From Longimicrobiales bacterium (GTDB lineage: Bacteria > Gemmatimonadota > Gemmatimonadetes > Longimicrobiales > Gaopeijiaceae): a stretch of DNA of 64,000 bases. The stretch is taken from positions 388,707 through 452,706 of the forward strand of contig JAWLHJ010000002.1 of the NCBI GenBank assembly GCA_041690395.1, read 5' to 3'. A program made the position numbers and the translations under genes. Positions 37,964 to 47,972 of this stretch are shown here, piece after piece (the first letter of the stretch is position 1; every line of letters starts with the position of its first letter). The notes below the pieces were generated by a model, which was given only the letters and a program-made list of their open reading frames with translations, did no database searches and had not been told where the DNA came from.

Positions 37964-38797
37964 ATGCGCATCGTATCGCTCGCCTGCTCGAACACCGAGA
38001 TCGTCTGCGCCCTGGGATGTGAGCATCTGCTCGTGGGCGTCGACGACCACTCCGACTACCCCCCGGAGGTCGTGGGTCCGCTCCCGAAGGTCGGCCCCGA
38101 CCTGGAGATCGACGTCGACAAGGTCGCGGCGCTCGAGCCCGACCTGGTGCTCGCCACGCTGACCGTGCCCGGTCACGAGAAGGTTGTCGAACGGTTGGAA
38201 GCCGCGGGGCTGCCCTACATCGCACCCGAGCCCGTGTCCCTCGAGGACGTGTACCGCGACATCCGGGACATCGGAGGCCGTCTCGGCGTTCCGGAATGTG
38301 CCGAAGCGCTCGTCCGCGAGATGCGCGCCGAGCTCGGGACGGGCGCCCGAGACGGGGCGATGGGCGACGCCGAGGTCCGCGCCGGGAACGGTCCGTCCGC
38401 GACCGACGACGATCAGCACCGGCCGACGATCCTGATCCAGTGGTGGCCGAAGCCCGTCATCACTCCCGGGAAACAGAGCTGGGCGACCGACGTCATCGAG
38501 GCAGCCGGGGGGCGCGCGGTCCTGGCCGGCGAGAACCTCAAGAGCCGCCCGATGACCGACGAGGAGGTGGCCGAGCGGGCGCCCGACGCGGTCGTGCTCT
38601 CCTGGTGCGGTGTGCATCCCGACAAGTATCGGCCGGACGTGGTGCTCCGGAACGAGGCGTGGCGGGACCTGTCGTTCGTGAAGGACGGGCGCGTGTTCTG
38701 CATCGGGGAGCCCTATCTCGGCCGCCCGGGTCCCCGTCTCGTCGAGGGCGTGCGCCGCATGCGTGAGGTCGTCCGGGAGCTACGGGCGCGGGACTGA
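37964..38797 (+). CDS. Helical-backbone (BtuF/cobalamin-binding-like) protein without signal peptide
   Basis: MRIVSLACSNTEIVCALG...LVGVDDHSDYP...LEPDLVLA...RPGPRLVEG. Confidence 0.85.
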   Translation: MRIVSLACSNTEIVCALGCEHLLVGVDDHSDYPPEVVGPLPKVGPDLEIDVDKVAALEPDLVLATLTVPGHEKVVERLEAAGLPYIAPEPVSLEDVYRDIRDIGGRLGVPECAEALVREMRAELGTGARDGAMGDAEVRAGNGPSATDDDQHRPTILIQWWPKPVITPGKQSWATDVIEAAGGRAVLAGENLKSRPMTDEEVAERAPDAVVLSWCGVHPDKYRPDVVLRNEAWRDLSFVKDGRVFCIGEPYLGRPGPRLVEGVRRMREVVRELRARD

Positions 38798-38847
38798 GGT
38801 CGCGCCCTCCCGGACGGGCACCGATCCGGGCCTTCCGGGCGGGACCG

Positions 38848-38889
38848 TTGACGGATCTCCTCGGGTCTTTGTATCATACAAACGTATGA
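38848..38889 (+). promoter_or_regulatory. Promoter and TetR operator
   Basis: TTGACG-N18-TATCAT; perfect inverted repeat TCATAC-AAAC-GTATGA (38874-38889) overlapping the -10 box and the ATG. Confidence 0.75.
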
Positions 38890-39560
38890 ATGAATCAACG
38901 ACCGACTCACGTGGCCCCGACGGCGGGGCAACCGATGACACGCGCAGCGTGCTCATCGAGGCCGGGCGAGACCTGTTCGTGACGAAGGGGTTCGACGGTG
39001 CTTCGGTGCGTGCCATCACCGAGCGTGCGGGGGCGAACCTCGGGTCCATCACCTACCACTTCGGGTCGAAGCTCGAGCTTTACCATGCCGTCCTGGAGTC
39101 GGAGCTCGGTCCCCTCGCGGACCGGGTGGTCGCCGCGGGAACGGATGACGGCCCGGCCATCGACCGGATGGCCGCCGTCGTCGAGGCGTACTTCCGCCAC
39201 CTGGAGGAGCACCCCCACCTCCCCCGCTTGATGCTTCAGGAGATCGCCGCGGGAAAGCCTCCGCCTCCGGTGGTCGCGCACACCCTGAAGCGGGTGATGG
39301 GGACGCTCGCGCTCCTGCAACAGGAAGGGGCCGCCGACGGGACCGTGCGCCCCGGGCACCCCATCCTCACCGCGCTGAGTGTGGTGGCGCAGCCGATCTA
39401 CATGACCCTCGTCTCGCCCCTGCTCAACGCGTTCGCGGGTCTGGACCTCGAAGACCAGGCGACCCGCGCGGCAGCCGTGGCTCACTCGATCGCCTTCGTC
39501 CGGGGCGGGCTCTCGCCGACCGCCCGCACCGATGACAAGACCGTGGAGAAGGAACGATGA
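38886..39560 (+). CDS. TetR family regulator (CecR/YbiH-like)
   Basis: LFVTKGFDGASVRAITERAGANLGSITYHFGSK HTH; start MNES. Confidence 0.92.
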   Translation: MNESTTDSRGPDGGATDDTRSVLIEAGRDLFVTKGFDGASVRAITERAGANLGSITYHFGSKLELYHAVLESELGPLADRVVAAGTDDGPAIDRMAAVVEAYFRHLEEHPHLPRLMLQEIAAGKPPPPVVAHTLKRVMGTLALLQQEGAADGTVRPGHPILTALSVVAQPIYMTLVSPLLNAFAGLDLEDQATRAAAVAHSIAFVRGGLSPTARTDDKTVEKER

Positions 39561-40906
39561 ACGTCACCGAATGGCGCCTGGCGGGCGCGATATCCCTGGG
39601 ACTCGCGGCCCTGTGCACTCCGGCCGCGGCCTCCGGCCAAGCCGCCCCGCTCACGCTGAGCGACGCCGCCGTCGCCGCCCTCGAGTCGGACCCGACCCTC
39701 GCGGCCGCCCTGGCCCGGGAGGAAGCCGCTGGAGCGGATGTTCAACGCGCCGGCGCGGCCCGCCTCCCGAGCCTCGCCCTGGAAGGCGCCGTCACCCGGT
39801 TCCAGGAGCCGATGGTGGTCGCTCCCCTCCACAGCTTCGACCCTTCGAGCCCGCCGCGCTTCGACCAGGGGCTGGTGCAAGGCGCCGCCCGACTACGGTA
39901 CACGGCGTTCGACGGGGGGCGCATCGGCTCGAGCGTCCGGGCGGCCCGATCGGCCCGAGACGCGACGGAGGCTCGCACCGCGACGAGGCGCATGGACATC
40001 CTGGAGCGCGTGACCGATGCCTACCTGGGGGTCCTCGGCGCGAGGGCGCACCGCGACGCGGCGGCACGGCAGATCGCGGCGCTCGAGGCCGAGCATGACC
40101 GGGCCCGACAGCGTGTCGAAACCGGGAGCGCCGCGGAGGTCGAGTTGCTCCGTGCCTCGGCGGCCCTGGAAGAGGCTCGCGCGGCCACCATCAGCGCCCG
40201 GACCCGCACGGAGCTGGCGGAACGCTCCCTCGCCCGTGCCATGGGCGTCGATCCGTCCGAAGTCGTCGGAGCGCCCCTCGCGGAGATCGACGCAGGGGAG
40301 CGGGTCACCGACGAGACGGGGGCGACCCCTGCTGCGCCGGTCGGCCATCCCGACCTGGAAGCCGCCGCGGCGTACGAGCGCGCGGCGGGTGAGCGGCTCG
40401 ACGGCGAGAGGGCCGCGCGGCTCCCGCGCCTGGACCTGACGGCCGCGATGCTGGACTACGGCACCTGGAGCGGCGGTCACGCCGCGGAGTGGCAGGTCGG
40501 CGTCGCCGTCTCATGGCCGCTCTTCACCGGAGGGGCCCGGTCCGCGCTGATCCGACGGACCGAGGCCGAGCTCTCGGCCGCGCGTCGGGAGACGGAAGCC
40601 GTCACGCGTTCCATCGACGCCGCCATCGACGCGGCGAGGTCCGCCATCATCGAAGCGGATGCCCGGACCGAAGCGCTCGACGCCTCCGTCAGCCAGTGGA
40701 CCGAGGTCGCGCGCATCGAGGCCCTCGCCCTCGAGACAGGGGCCGGAACCCAGAGCGACCTGCTGACGGCCGAAGCCAGCCTCTTCCGTGCGAGAGCCGG
40801 GTTGGCGGATGCCACGTATGCGAGGCTCCTCGCGCGAGTCCGGCTCGCGAGGGCGCTGGGACGACTCGACCTGGATTGGCTGCAGCGGACCCTGGAGGTG
40901 GAATGA
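39557..40906 (+). CDS. TolC family outer membrane efflux protein
   Basis: Signal peptide; two OEP repeats (RLPSLAL; RLPRLDL...SWPLFTGG). Confidence 0.9.
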   Translation: MNVTEWRLAGAISLGLAALCTPAAASGQAAPLTLSDAAVAALESDPTLAAALAREEAAGADVQRAGAARLPSLALEGAVTRFQEPMVVAPLHSFDPSSPPRFDQGLVQGAARLRYTAFDGGRIGSSVRAARSARDATEARTATRRMDILERVTDAYLGVLGARAHRDAAARQIAALEAEHDRARQRVETGSAAEVELLRASAALEEARAATISARTRTELAERSLARAMGVDPSEVVGAPLAEIDAGERVTDETGATPAAPVGHPDLEAAAAYERAAGERLDGERAARLPRLDLTAAMLDYGTWSGGHAAEWQVGVAVSWPLFTGGARSALIRRTEAELSAARRETEAVTRSIDAAIDAARSAIIEADARTEALDASVSQWTEVARIEALALETGAGTQSDLLTAEASLFRARAGLADATYARLLARVRLARALGRLDLDWLQRTLEVE

Positions 40907-41898
40907 TGAACAAGAAGATCGGGATGGTGCTCGGCGCGGTCCTGGTGGGCGCCGCGGTTGTCTGGCTCGTGACCCGCGGTGGCGGCGAGGCCGCCGGAGC
41001 GCTCACCGCCTCCGGGACGGTCGAAGCCACGGATGCCCAGCTCGGCTTCCTCCTGCCGGGTCGGGTCGCCGAGGTCGTCCCCGCGGAGGGGGCGACCGTG
41101 AGGGCGGGCACCGAGCTCGCCAGCCTCGACGCACGCGAGGTGGACGCCCAGGTGGCCGCGGCTCGGGCCGACGTGGACGCGGCGAGAGCCGCGCTCGCGG
41201 AGCTCGAGGCAGGGGCGCGGGGCCAGGACATCGCGTCTGCGGAGGCCGCCCTCCGGAGCGCGGAGACACGGGCGCGAGAAACGGAGCAGAACGCCGATCG
41301 CGCCCGAACCCTCTTCGAGGGCGGTGCCATCAGTCGTCAGGCGCTCGACCGGGCCGAGACCGAGCGCGATGCCGCCCAGGCGGCCGCGGACCAGGCGAGG
41401 GAGCGGCTCGACCTCGTCCGGGAAGGCGCGAGGGAGGAGACCGTGCGCGCCGCCCGTGCCCGCCACGCGCAGGCCGAGGCCCGGCTGGCGAGCGCCGAGG
41501 CGACACGCTCGAACGCCGTGATCGTGGCTCCGTTCGAGGGCATCGTGACGGTCAGACATCGGGAGCCCGGCGAGACGGTGCCCGCCGGCGCGCCCGTGCT
41601 GACGCTGCTCGACCCGTCGGACCGATGGGTCCGCATCTACGTGCGGGAGGACCGTCTCGGCGCCGTCCGCATGGGCGCGCGGGCCTCCATCGTCTCGGAC
41701 ACCTATCCCGACCGCGTCATCGAGGGAGAGGTGGTCTTCATCGGCAGCGAGGCGGAGTTCACGCCGCGCAACGTCCAGACGGCCGAGGAGCGCATCCGTC
41801 TGGTCTACCCGGTGAAGGTGCGCATCACCGGAGACCCGGAGTTCGTGCTCAAGCCCGGCCTTCCCGCGGACGTCACGCTGGAGCTCGGCGGGTCGTGA
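40903..41898 (+). CDS. HlyD family periplasmic adaptor (YbhG-like)
   Basis: ASGTVEA, APFEGIV, AEFTPRNVQT, LKPGLPADV. Confidence 0.92.
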   Translation: MMNKKIGMVLGAVLVGAAVVWLVTRGGGEAAGALTASGTVEATDAQLGFLLPGRVAEVVPAEGATVRAGTELASLDAREVDAQVAAARADVDAARAALAELEAGARGQDIASAEAALRSAETRARETEQNADRARTLFEGGAISRQALDRAETERDAAQAAADQARERLDLVREGAREETVRAARARHAQAEARLASAEATRSNAVIVAPFEGIVTVRHREPGETVPAGAPVLTLLDPSDRWVRIYVREDRLGAVRMGARASIVSDTYPDRVIEGEVVFIGSEAEFTPRNVQTAEERIRLVYPVKVRITGDPEFVLKPGLPADVTLELGGS

Positions 41899-42833
41899 GC
41901 GAGCCGGCCATCTCCCTCGAGGCGCTCAGCCGGCGGTTCGGGGACACGACGGCGGTGGACGGACTCACCTTCGACGTGCCGCGCGGCGGGTTGTTCGGGA
42001 TCGTGGGCCCCGACGGCGCGGGCAAGACCACGACGCTCCGGATGCTCTCGGGTGTGCTCCGGCCCTCTTCGGGGACCGCCCACCTCCTGGGCCTCGACGT
42101 CGCCGAGGACCCGGAGGCGGTGAAGCCGCACATCGCCTACATGGCGCAGAGGTTCGGCCTCTACGAGGACCTCACGGTCGCGGAGAACCTCGCGTTCTAC
42201 GCCGACCTCTACGGCGTGCCGCGGGCGGAGCGTCCGGCCCGGCTGGAGCGGCTCCATGCGTTCAGCGGGCTGGGGCCGTTCCAGGATCGACTGGCCGGCG
42301 CCCTCTCGGGCGGGATGAAGCAGAAGCTCTCCCTCTCGTGCTGTCTCGTGCACCGCCCCGAGGTCCTGCTGCTGGACGAGCCGACGTTCGGAGTCGATCC
42401 GATCTCGCGGCGAGACCTGTGGATGATCCTCCACGAGATGGTGGCGGACGGCATCACCGTGCTGATCACCACGTCCTACCTCGACGAGGCGGAGCGCTGC
42501 GACCGCGTCGCCCTGCTCGACGAGGGCCGAGTGCTCGCCCTGGACGATCCGCGCGTGCTCCAGCGATCGCTCGACGGCACGGTCTGGGCCATCGAGACCG
42601 CCGATCCGCGGGCGGCACGCGACACACTCCGACGGGATCCCCGCATCGGGAGCGCCGTCCTGTTCGGCGACGTCGTCCACGCCTTCGTCCCATCGGGGCT
42701 CGACGGCGACGCCGTAACGGGCCTGCTTGGGGGACACGGCTTCCCGACCCGGGACGTCCGTCCCATCGAGCCGTCCCTCGAAGACGTCTTCATCCAGCTC
42801 GTGGGCGCGAGCGGGGGCGAGCCCCATGCCTGA
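41895..42833 (+). CDS. ABC transporter ATP-binding protein
   Basis: GPDGAGKTT, LSGGMKQK, LLDEPT; GTG start overlapping the upstream stop. Confidence 0.93.
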   Translation: MSEPAISLEALSRRFGDTTAVDGLTFDVPRGGLFGIVGPDGAGKTTTLRMLSGVLRPSSGTAHLLGLDVAEDPEAVKPHIAYMAQRFGLYEDLTVAENLAFYADLYGVPRAERPARLERLHAFSGLGPFQDRLAGALSGGMKQKLSLSCCLVHRPEVLLLDEPTFGVDPISRRDLWMILHEMVADGITVLITTSYLDEAERCDRVALLDEGRVLALDDPRVLQRSLDGTVWAIETADPRAARDTLRRDPRIGSAVLFGDVVHAFVPSGLDGDAVTGLLGGHGFPTRDVRPIEPSLEDVFIQLVGASGGEPHA

Positions 42834-43770
42834 GAGCTTCCCGGTCTCGGTCCGCGGCCTCACCCGCCGATACGGCGACTTCACCGCCGTCGATGCCGTC
42901 ACCTTCGATGTGCGAGCGGGTGAGATCTTCGGATTCCTGGGGCCGAACGGCGCCGGAAAGACGACGACCATCAAGATGCTGACCGGTCTGGTCGCCCCGT
43001 CCGAAGGAGAGGGGTGGGTCGCGGGCAGGAACGTTCTCACCGAGCGCACGGAGATCCGGAGCCGGATCGGCTACATGTCCCAGAAGTTCTCGCTGTACGG
43101 CGACCTCACCGTCGCCGAGAACATCGAGTTGTTCGCGGGACTGTACGGAGTCGAGGGGGAGCGGCTCGAAGCCCGCCGCCGCTGGATCCTCGAGATCTCG
43201 GAGCTGGACGAGCACCGGGACAGCCCCACAGAGACGCTCCCGCTCGGGTGGAAGCAGCGTCTCGCTCTCGGCTGCGCCATGGTCCACGAGCCGCCCATCC
43301 TGTTCCTCGACGAGCCCACGTCGGGGGTCGATCCGGTGGCACGGAGGAGATTCTGGGACCTGATCGACGCCCTCTCCGACTCGGGGACCACGATCTTCGT
43401 CTCGACGCACTATATGGAGGAGGCCGAGTACTGTCACCGGCTCGCCCTCCTGAATCGAGGCCGGCTGATCGCGCTGGACACGCCTGCCGCTCTGCGCGCG
43501 GGGCTCGATGAGCCCGTCTACAGGGTGGAAACGCTGGACACGCCCACCGCCGCCCGTGCCCTGGACGGCGCGTCCGGCATCCTCGAGGCCGCCATGTTCG
43601 GGCGCGCCCTGCACGTGACGACGACGCCGGACGCCGCCGGCCCCGACCTGATCCGCGCCACGCTGGCGTCGGCCGGCCTCGACGTCGACGCCATCGAGCG
43701 CATCTCCCCTTCCCTCGAAGACGTCTTCGTCTCGCTGGTGCGAGCGGAGGGCGGGGCGGTGGAGGGCTGA
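42826..43770 (+). CDS. ABC transporter ATP-binding protein
   Basis: GPNGAGKTT, LPLGWKQRL, FLDEPTSGVDP (similar to the second YbhF domain). Confidence 0.93.
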   Translation: MPESFPVSVRGLTRRYGDFTAVDAVTFDVRAGEIFGFLGPNGAGKTTTIKMLTGLVAPSEGEGWVAGRNVLTERTEIRSRIGYMSQKFSLYGDLTVAENIELFAGLYGVEGERLEARRRWILEISELDEHRDSPTETLPLGWKQRLALGCAMVHEPPILFLDEPTSGVDPVARRRFWDLIDALSDSGTTIFVSTHYMEEAEYCHRLALLNRGRLIALDTPAALRAGLDEPVYRVETLDTPTAARALDGASGILEAAMFGRALHVTTTPDAAGPDLIRATLASAGLDVDAIERISPSLEDVFVSLVRAEGGAVEG

Positions 43771-43773
43771 CCT

Positions 43774-44922
43774 ATGACCGTCCTCGCTCCTCGCCGTCTG
43801 GCGGCGATCTCCCGCAAGGAGTGGATCCAGCTCCGCCGTGACCAGCGCAGCATGATCCTGGCGTTCCTGCTCCCGCTCCTTCTGCTCCTCTTCTTCGGGT
43901 ACGCGATCACCTGGGACGTCGAGGACATCTCGCTGGCCGTGCTCGACGAGGACGCGAGCGCCGAGAGCCGTGCCCTGGTCGAAGCGTTCACGTCGAGCGG
44001 GCTGTTCAACATCCGGGACCATCCGGCCTCGGCCGCGGAGGTGGAGCAGGTGCTCACGCGTGGGTCGATCGGCGCGGTTCTCGTCATCCCTCCGGGATAC
44101 GCGTTGGACGTCTCCGATCCGTCGCGGTCGGCCGTGGTACAGCTCCTCCTGGACGGAAGCGACGCGAACACCGCGACCATCGCCCTGAACTACGCCGACG
44201 CCATCGTCGCACGGATGGGGGCGCAACTCGCGGCCACCATGTCCGCCGCGGGGCCCGGAGGCACCCTTCCCCGCGGCCCATCGCTCGAGACCCGCGCCTG
44301 GTACAATCCGAACCTCGAGAGCCGACACATGATCGTGCCGGCGCTCATCGCGGTCATTATGTCGGTGATCGCGGCCATGCTCACCGCCCTCACCATCGCG
44401 CGTGAGTGGGAGCGTGGCACCATGGAGCAGCTCGCGGCCACTCCGGCGAGCCGCCTCGAGATCGTGATCGGCAAGCTGCTCCCCTACCTCGCCATCGGGC
44501 TCTTCGACGTCGCGGTGACCGTCGTCGCGGGCAGGGTGATCTTCGGAACGCCGCTGAACGGAAGCGTGTTGCTGCTGGCGCTCATGACCACGCTCTTCCT
44601 GGTGGGGGCGCTGGGTCTGGGGATCTTCATCTCGGCGGCGGTGAAGTCGCAGGTGCTCGCCACCCAGGTCGCCATGGTCGCGACCTATCTACCGGCCATC
44701 CTGCTCTCCGGGTTCCTGTACGACATCGCCAGCATGCCCCGGCCCCTGCAGGCGTTCACGTTCCTGGTGCCGGCCCGCTACTTCGTGACCGTCACGCGCG
44801 GCATCTTCCTCAAGGGCGTCGGGCTCGAAGCGCTGTGGCCACAGGCCCTCCTCATGACCCTCTACGCCGTGCTCGGACTCGCCCTGGCGACCCGCGCGTT
44901 CCGTAAGGAGCTCCCCGAATGA
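43774..44922 (+). CDS. ABC-2 permease (YbhS-like)
   Basis: KEWIQLRRD, IAREWERGTMEQL. Confidence 0.92.
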   Translation: MTVLAPRRLAAISRKEWIQLRRDQRSMILAFLLPLLLLLFFGYAITWDVEDISLAVLDEDASAESRALVEAFTSSGLFNIRDHPASAAEVEQVLTRGSIGAVLVIPPGYALDVSDPSRSAVVQLLLDGSDANTATIALNYADAIVARMGAQLAATMSAAGPGGTLPRGPSLETRAWYNPNLESRHMIVPALIAVIMSVIAAMLTALTIAREWERGTMEQLAATPASRLEIVIGKLLPYLAIGLFDVAVTVVAGRVIFGTPLNGSVLLLALMTTLFLVGALGLGIFISAAVKSQVLATQVAMVATYLPAILLSGFLYDIASMPRPLQAFTFLVPARYFVTVTRGIFLKGVGLEALWPQALLMTLYAVLGLALATRAFRKELPE

Positions 44923-46079
44923 GCCCGGCACCCACGACCCGGTCCGGCGCCCGGCCCACGACGTGGCACTCGGCCGCCCTTCGCGTGCGCAAGATGGTCA
45001 TCAAGGAGTTGCGCCAGCTGTTTCGGGACCCGAGGACAAAGCGGGTGATCTTCATCTCGCCCATCCTCCAGCTCCTGCTGTTCGGATACGCTGTGAACAC
45101 GGACGTGAGGAACGTCCCCACCGCGCTCGTGGACCACGACCGGACGGCCGAGTCGCGCGCGCTGGTCCAGGCGTTCACGGCGTCCGGATACTTCCGCGTG
45201 GTGCTGTCGTCGGACCGGCCCTCCGACCTCGGGACCGCGCTCGACCGCGGCGACGCGGTGGTCTCCCTGGAAATCCCCGTCGGGTACGCGCGAGACCTCT
45301 CTGCCGGCGGATCGCCGCGGGTCCAGCTCATCGTGGACGGCACGAACTCCAACACCGCCACCGTGGCGCAGGGCTACGCGGCCAAGATCGTGCGCGACCA
45401 TGGCGCGCGCTCCGCGACTGCCTCAGGATCGTTCGTCCCGCCCGTGGACCTGCGCGCCCGGGCGTGGTTCAACCCGGCGCTGGAGTCGCGCACCTACAAC
45501 GTGCCGGCGGTGATCGGGGTCATCGTCCTCCTCATGTGTCTGCTCCTGACCGCCATGGCCGTCGTGCGCGAACGGGAGGTCGGCACCCTGGACCAGCTCC
45601 TCGTGTCTCCGCTCCGGCCGGTCGAGCTCATGCTCGGCAAGACCATCCCCGTCGCGGGGATCGCCCTCGTGCAGCTGGCGACGGTCACCGCGGTCGCGCT
45701 CCTCTGGTTCGACGTCCCGTTCCGCGGCTCGCCCCTTCTCCTGCTCGCGGCGTCCTTGCTGTTCATCCTCGCGGGGCTGTCGTTCGGCCTGCTGATCTCC
45801 ACGATCTCGGCCACGCAGCAGGAGGCCTTCCTGTCGATGTTCCTCTTCATGCTCCCCGCCATCATCCTCTCGGGATTCCTCTACCCCATCGAGACGATGC
45901 CGGACGTCTTCCAGACGCTCACCCTCGCCAACCCCCTCCGGCACTTCCTCGAGATCGTGCGCGGGATCTTCCTCAAAGGCGCCGGCCTCGAGAGCCTCTG
46001 GCCGCAGTTCACCGTCCTCACGGGCATGGCCGTCGCCGGGCTCGCATACGCGACCCGCAGGTTTCAGCGGTCCCTGTAG
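44919..46079 (+). CDS. ABC-2 permease (YbhR-like)
   Basis: KELRQLFRD, VREREVGTLDQLLVSP, NPLRHF. Confidence 0.92.
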   Translation: MSPAPTTRSGARPTTWHSAALRVRKMVIKELRQLFRDPRTKRVIFISPILQLLLFGYAVNTDVRNVPTALVDHDRTAESRALVQAFTASGYFRVVLSSDRPSDLGTALDRGDAVVSLEIPVGYARDLSAGGSPRVQLIVDGTNSNTATVAQGYAAKIVRDHGARSATASGSFVPPVDLRARAWFNPALESRTYNVPAVIGVIVLLMCLLLTAMAVVREREVGTLDQLLVSPLRPVELMLGKTIPVAGIALVQLATVTAVALLWFDVPFRGSPLLLLAASLLFILAGLSFGLLISTISATQQEAFLSMFLFMLPAIILSGFLYPIETMPDVFQTLTLANPLRHFLEIVRGIFLKGAGLESLWPQFTVLTGMAVAGLAYATRRFQRSL

Positions 46080-46089
46080 CGTCGGCGGG

Positions 46090-46118
46090 TTGCACATAGT
46101 TCAAGATTAAATCATATT
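46090..46118 (+). promoter_or_regulatory. Promoter with overlapping AT-rich imperfect palindrome (MarR/MhqR-type operator candidate)
   Basis: TTGCAC-N17-CATATT overlapping ATAGTTCAAGATTAAATCAT. Confidence 0.5.
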
Positions 46119-46170
46119 GCCTGGCACGGGGACGACACGGAGAACAACCCAAGGTTCAGGAGCCCGCGAC

Positions 46171-47238
46171 ATGCCCAAGGTGACAGAAGGCTTCCATCAC
46201 ATCACCATGGTCTCGGCCGATGCCCGGCGGACCCTCGACTTCTACGGCAACCTGCTCGGGCTCGGCCTGGTGAAGAAGACCGTCAACTTCGACGATCCCG
46301 GCGCATACCATCTGTACTTCGGGAACGACGGCGGCCGGCCGGGCACGCTGCTCACCTTCTTCGAGTGGCCGCACGCGCGCCGCGGCGGATGGGGGGTCGG
46401 CGGCGTGCATCACCTGGCGCTCGGCGTCGCGACGCCCGAGGCGCAGCTCAAGTGGAAGCGGCGCCTCATGGATCACGGCGTGCAGGTCAGCGGCCCCGTC
46501 GACCGGGGATACTTCACCAGCCTGTACTTCAGCGACCCCGACGGGCAGATCCTGGAAATCGCCACGGCGGGTCCGGGCTACGCCATCGATGAGCCGGCCG
46601 ACGCGTTGGGTCGTGAGCTGGTCACGCCGCCGTCCGAGCGGCTGCCCGACGGTCGCGACGAGGCGGCCATCGCTCGGAAGACCCATCCGGAGCCGGTCCC
46701 CGAGGTGACCCCGGACATGGCGCTCAGCGGGATCCACCACATCACGGGGATCACGGGTGACCTCGAGGAGGCCGACCGATTCTACCAGGAAGCGCTCGGC
46801 CTCGAGATCGTGAAGAAGACGTTCAACCAGGACGACGCGAAGACGCTGCACTACTTCTGGGCCAACTACGACGGCGAGCAGGTGGCTCCGCACTCGACGC
46901 TCACGCTCTTCGGGTGGGGCGAGTCGACGTACCATGCCCGCCAGGGCGCCGGGCAGACCCACCACATCGCATTCCGGGCTCGCGACGCGGAGGACCAGGC
47001 GGCATGGCGGGAGCATCTGCTCTCCCTGGGGGTGCAGGTCACCGAGGTGAAGGACCGGCAGTACTTCGAGAGCATCTACTTCCAGGCCCCCGACGGCATG
47101 CTTCTGGAAATCGCGACCGACGGGCCGGGCTTCGCGATCGACGAGCCGGAAGAGGAGTTGGGATCGGGGCTCATGCTGCCGGCATGGCTGGAGCCGAGAC
47201 GGGAGAAGATCGAGACGCAGCTCACGCCGCTGGGGTGA
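46171..47238 (+). CDS. Ring-cleaving dioxygenase, VOC/glyoxalase family (MhqO-like)
   Basis: GFHHIT, VKKTVNFDDPGAYHLYFG, DRQYFESIYF, EIATDGPGF; two VOC repeats. Confidence 0.92.
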   Translation: MPKVTEGFHHITMVSADARRTLDFYGNLLGLGLVKKTVNFDDPGAYHLYFGNDGGRPGTLLTFFEWPHARRGGWGVGGVHHLALGVATPEAQLKWKRRLMDHGVQVSGPVDRGYFTSLYFSDPDGQILEIATAGPGYAIDEPADALGRELVTPPSERLPDGRDEAAIARKTHPEPVPEVTPDMALSGIHHITGITGDLEEADRFYQEALGLEIVKKTFNQDDAKTLHYFWANYDGEQVAPHSTLTLFGWGESTYHARQGAGQTHHIAFRARDAEDQAAWREHLLSLGVQVTEVKDRQYFESIYFQAPDGMLLEIATDGPGFAIDEPEEELGSGLMLPAWLEPRREKIETQLTPLG

Positions 47239-47267
47239 GCCCGCATGCGAGCGTACACGGAGGACAT

Positions 47268-47951
47268 ATGAGGGACGAGAAGAACGATGGCGGGAACGGC
47301 GGGCCGAGCCTCGCCGACTTCGAGGTGAGCGGACCGCAGCCGCCGAGGTCGGACGGCACGGTCGCGGTGCTCCTGCACGGACGGGGCAGCGACATGCACG
47401 ACCTGCAGGGGCTCCGTCGCCTCCTGCCCGACTCCTGGACGCTGGTCACGCCCCGGGCCACGTATCCCGGAGCGCCATGGGGATACGGCCCCGGCTGGGC
47501 CTGGTACCGCTACGTCGCCGACGACCGCGTGGTCGAGGAGACGCTGTCGCACAGCTTGGACGCGCTCGACCGCTTCCTGGACGACCTGCCGGATCACCTC
47601 GGCGGGCCGGTGGAGCGGCTCGTGCTCGGAGGGTTCTCGCAGGGGGGCACCATGAGCCTGGCCTACGCGCTCACGAGGGACCGGCCGATCGTGGCGGCCC
47701 TCAACTTCTCCGGCTTCCTGGCCGACGGCGTGGACACGAGCACGGCGTCCGACGGACCTCCCGTCTTCTGGGGGCACGGCCTCCACGACCCGGCGATTCC
47801 GCACGCCCTCGCCATCCGCGGACGGGCGACGCTCGAGGCCGCCGGCTTGAGCGTCACCGCAACCGACCACCCGATCGGGCATGGCATCGTCCCGGACGAG
47901 ATCGAGGCAGCCGTGCGGATGGTGGAGGCCTCGAGCGCCGGGGCCCGGTAG
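47268..47951 (+). CDS. Phospholipase/carboxylesterase (MhqD-like alpha/beta hydrolase)
   Basis: LLHGRG, GFSQG nucleophile motif, HGLHD, GHGI; GGAGG RBS. Confidence 0.9.
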   Translation: MRDEKNDGGNGGPSLADFEVSGPQPPRSDGTVAVLLHGRGSDMHDLQGLRRLLPDSWTLVTPRATYPGAPWGYGPGWAWYRYVADDRVVEETLSHSLDALDRFLDDLPDHLGGPVERLVLGGFSQGGTMSLAYALTRDRPIVAALNFSGFLADGVDTSTASDGPPVFWGHGLHDPAIPHALAIRGRATLEAAGLSVTATDHPIGHGIVPDEIEAAVRMVEASSAGAR

Positions 47952-47972
47952 GCGCCTTCCGCGGCGGGTGCC

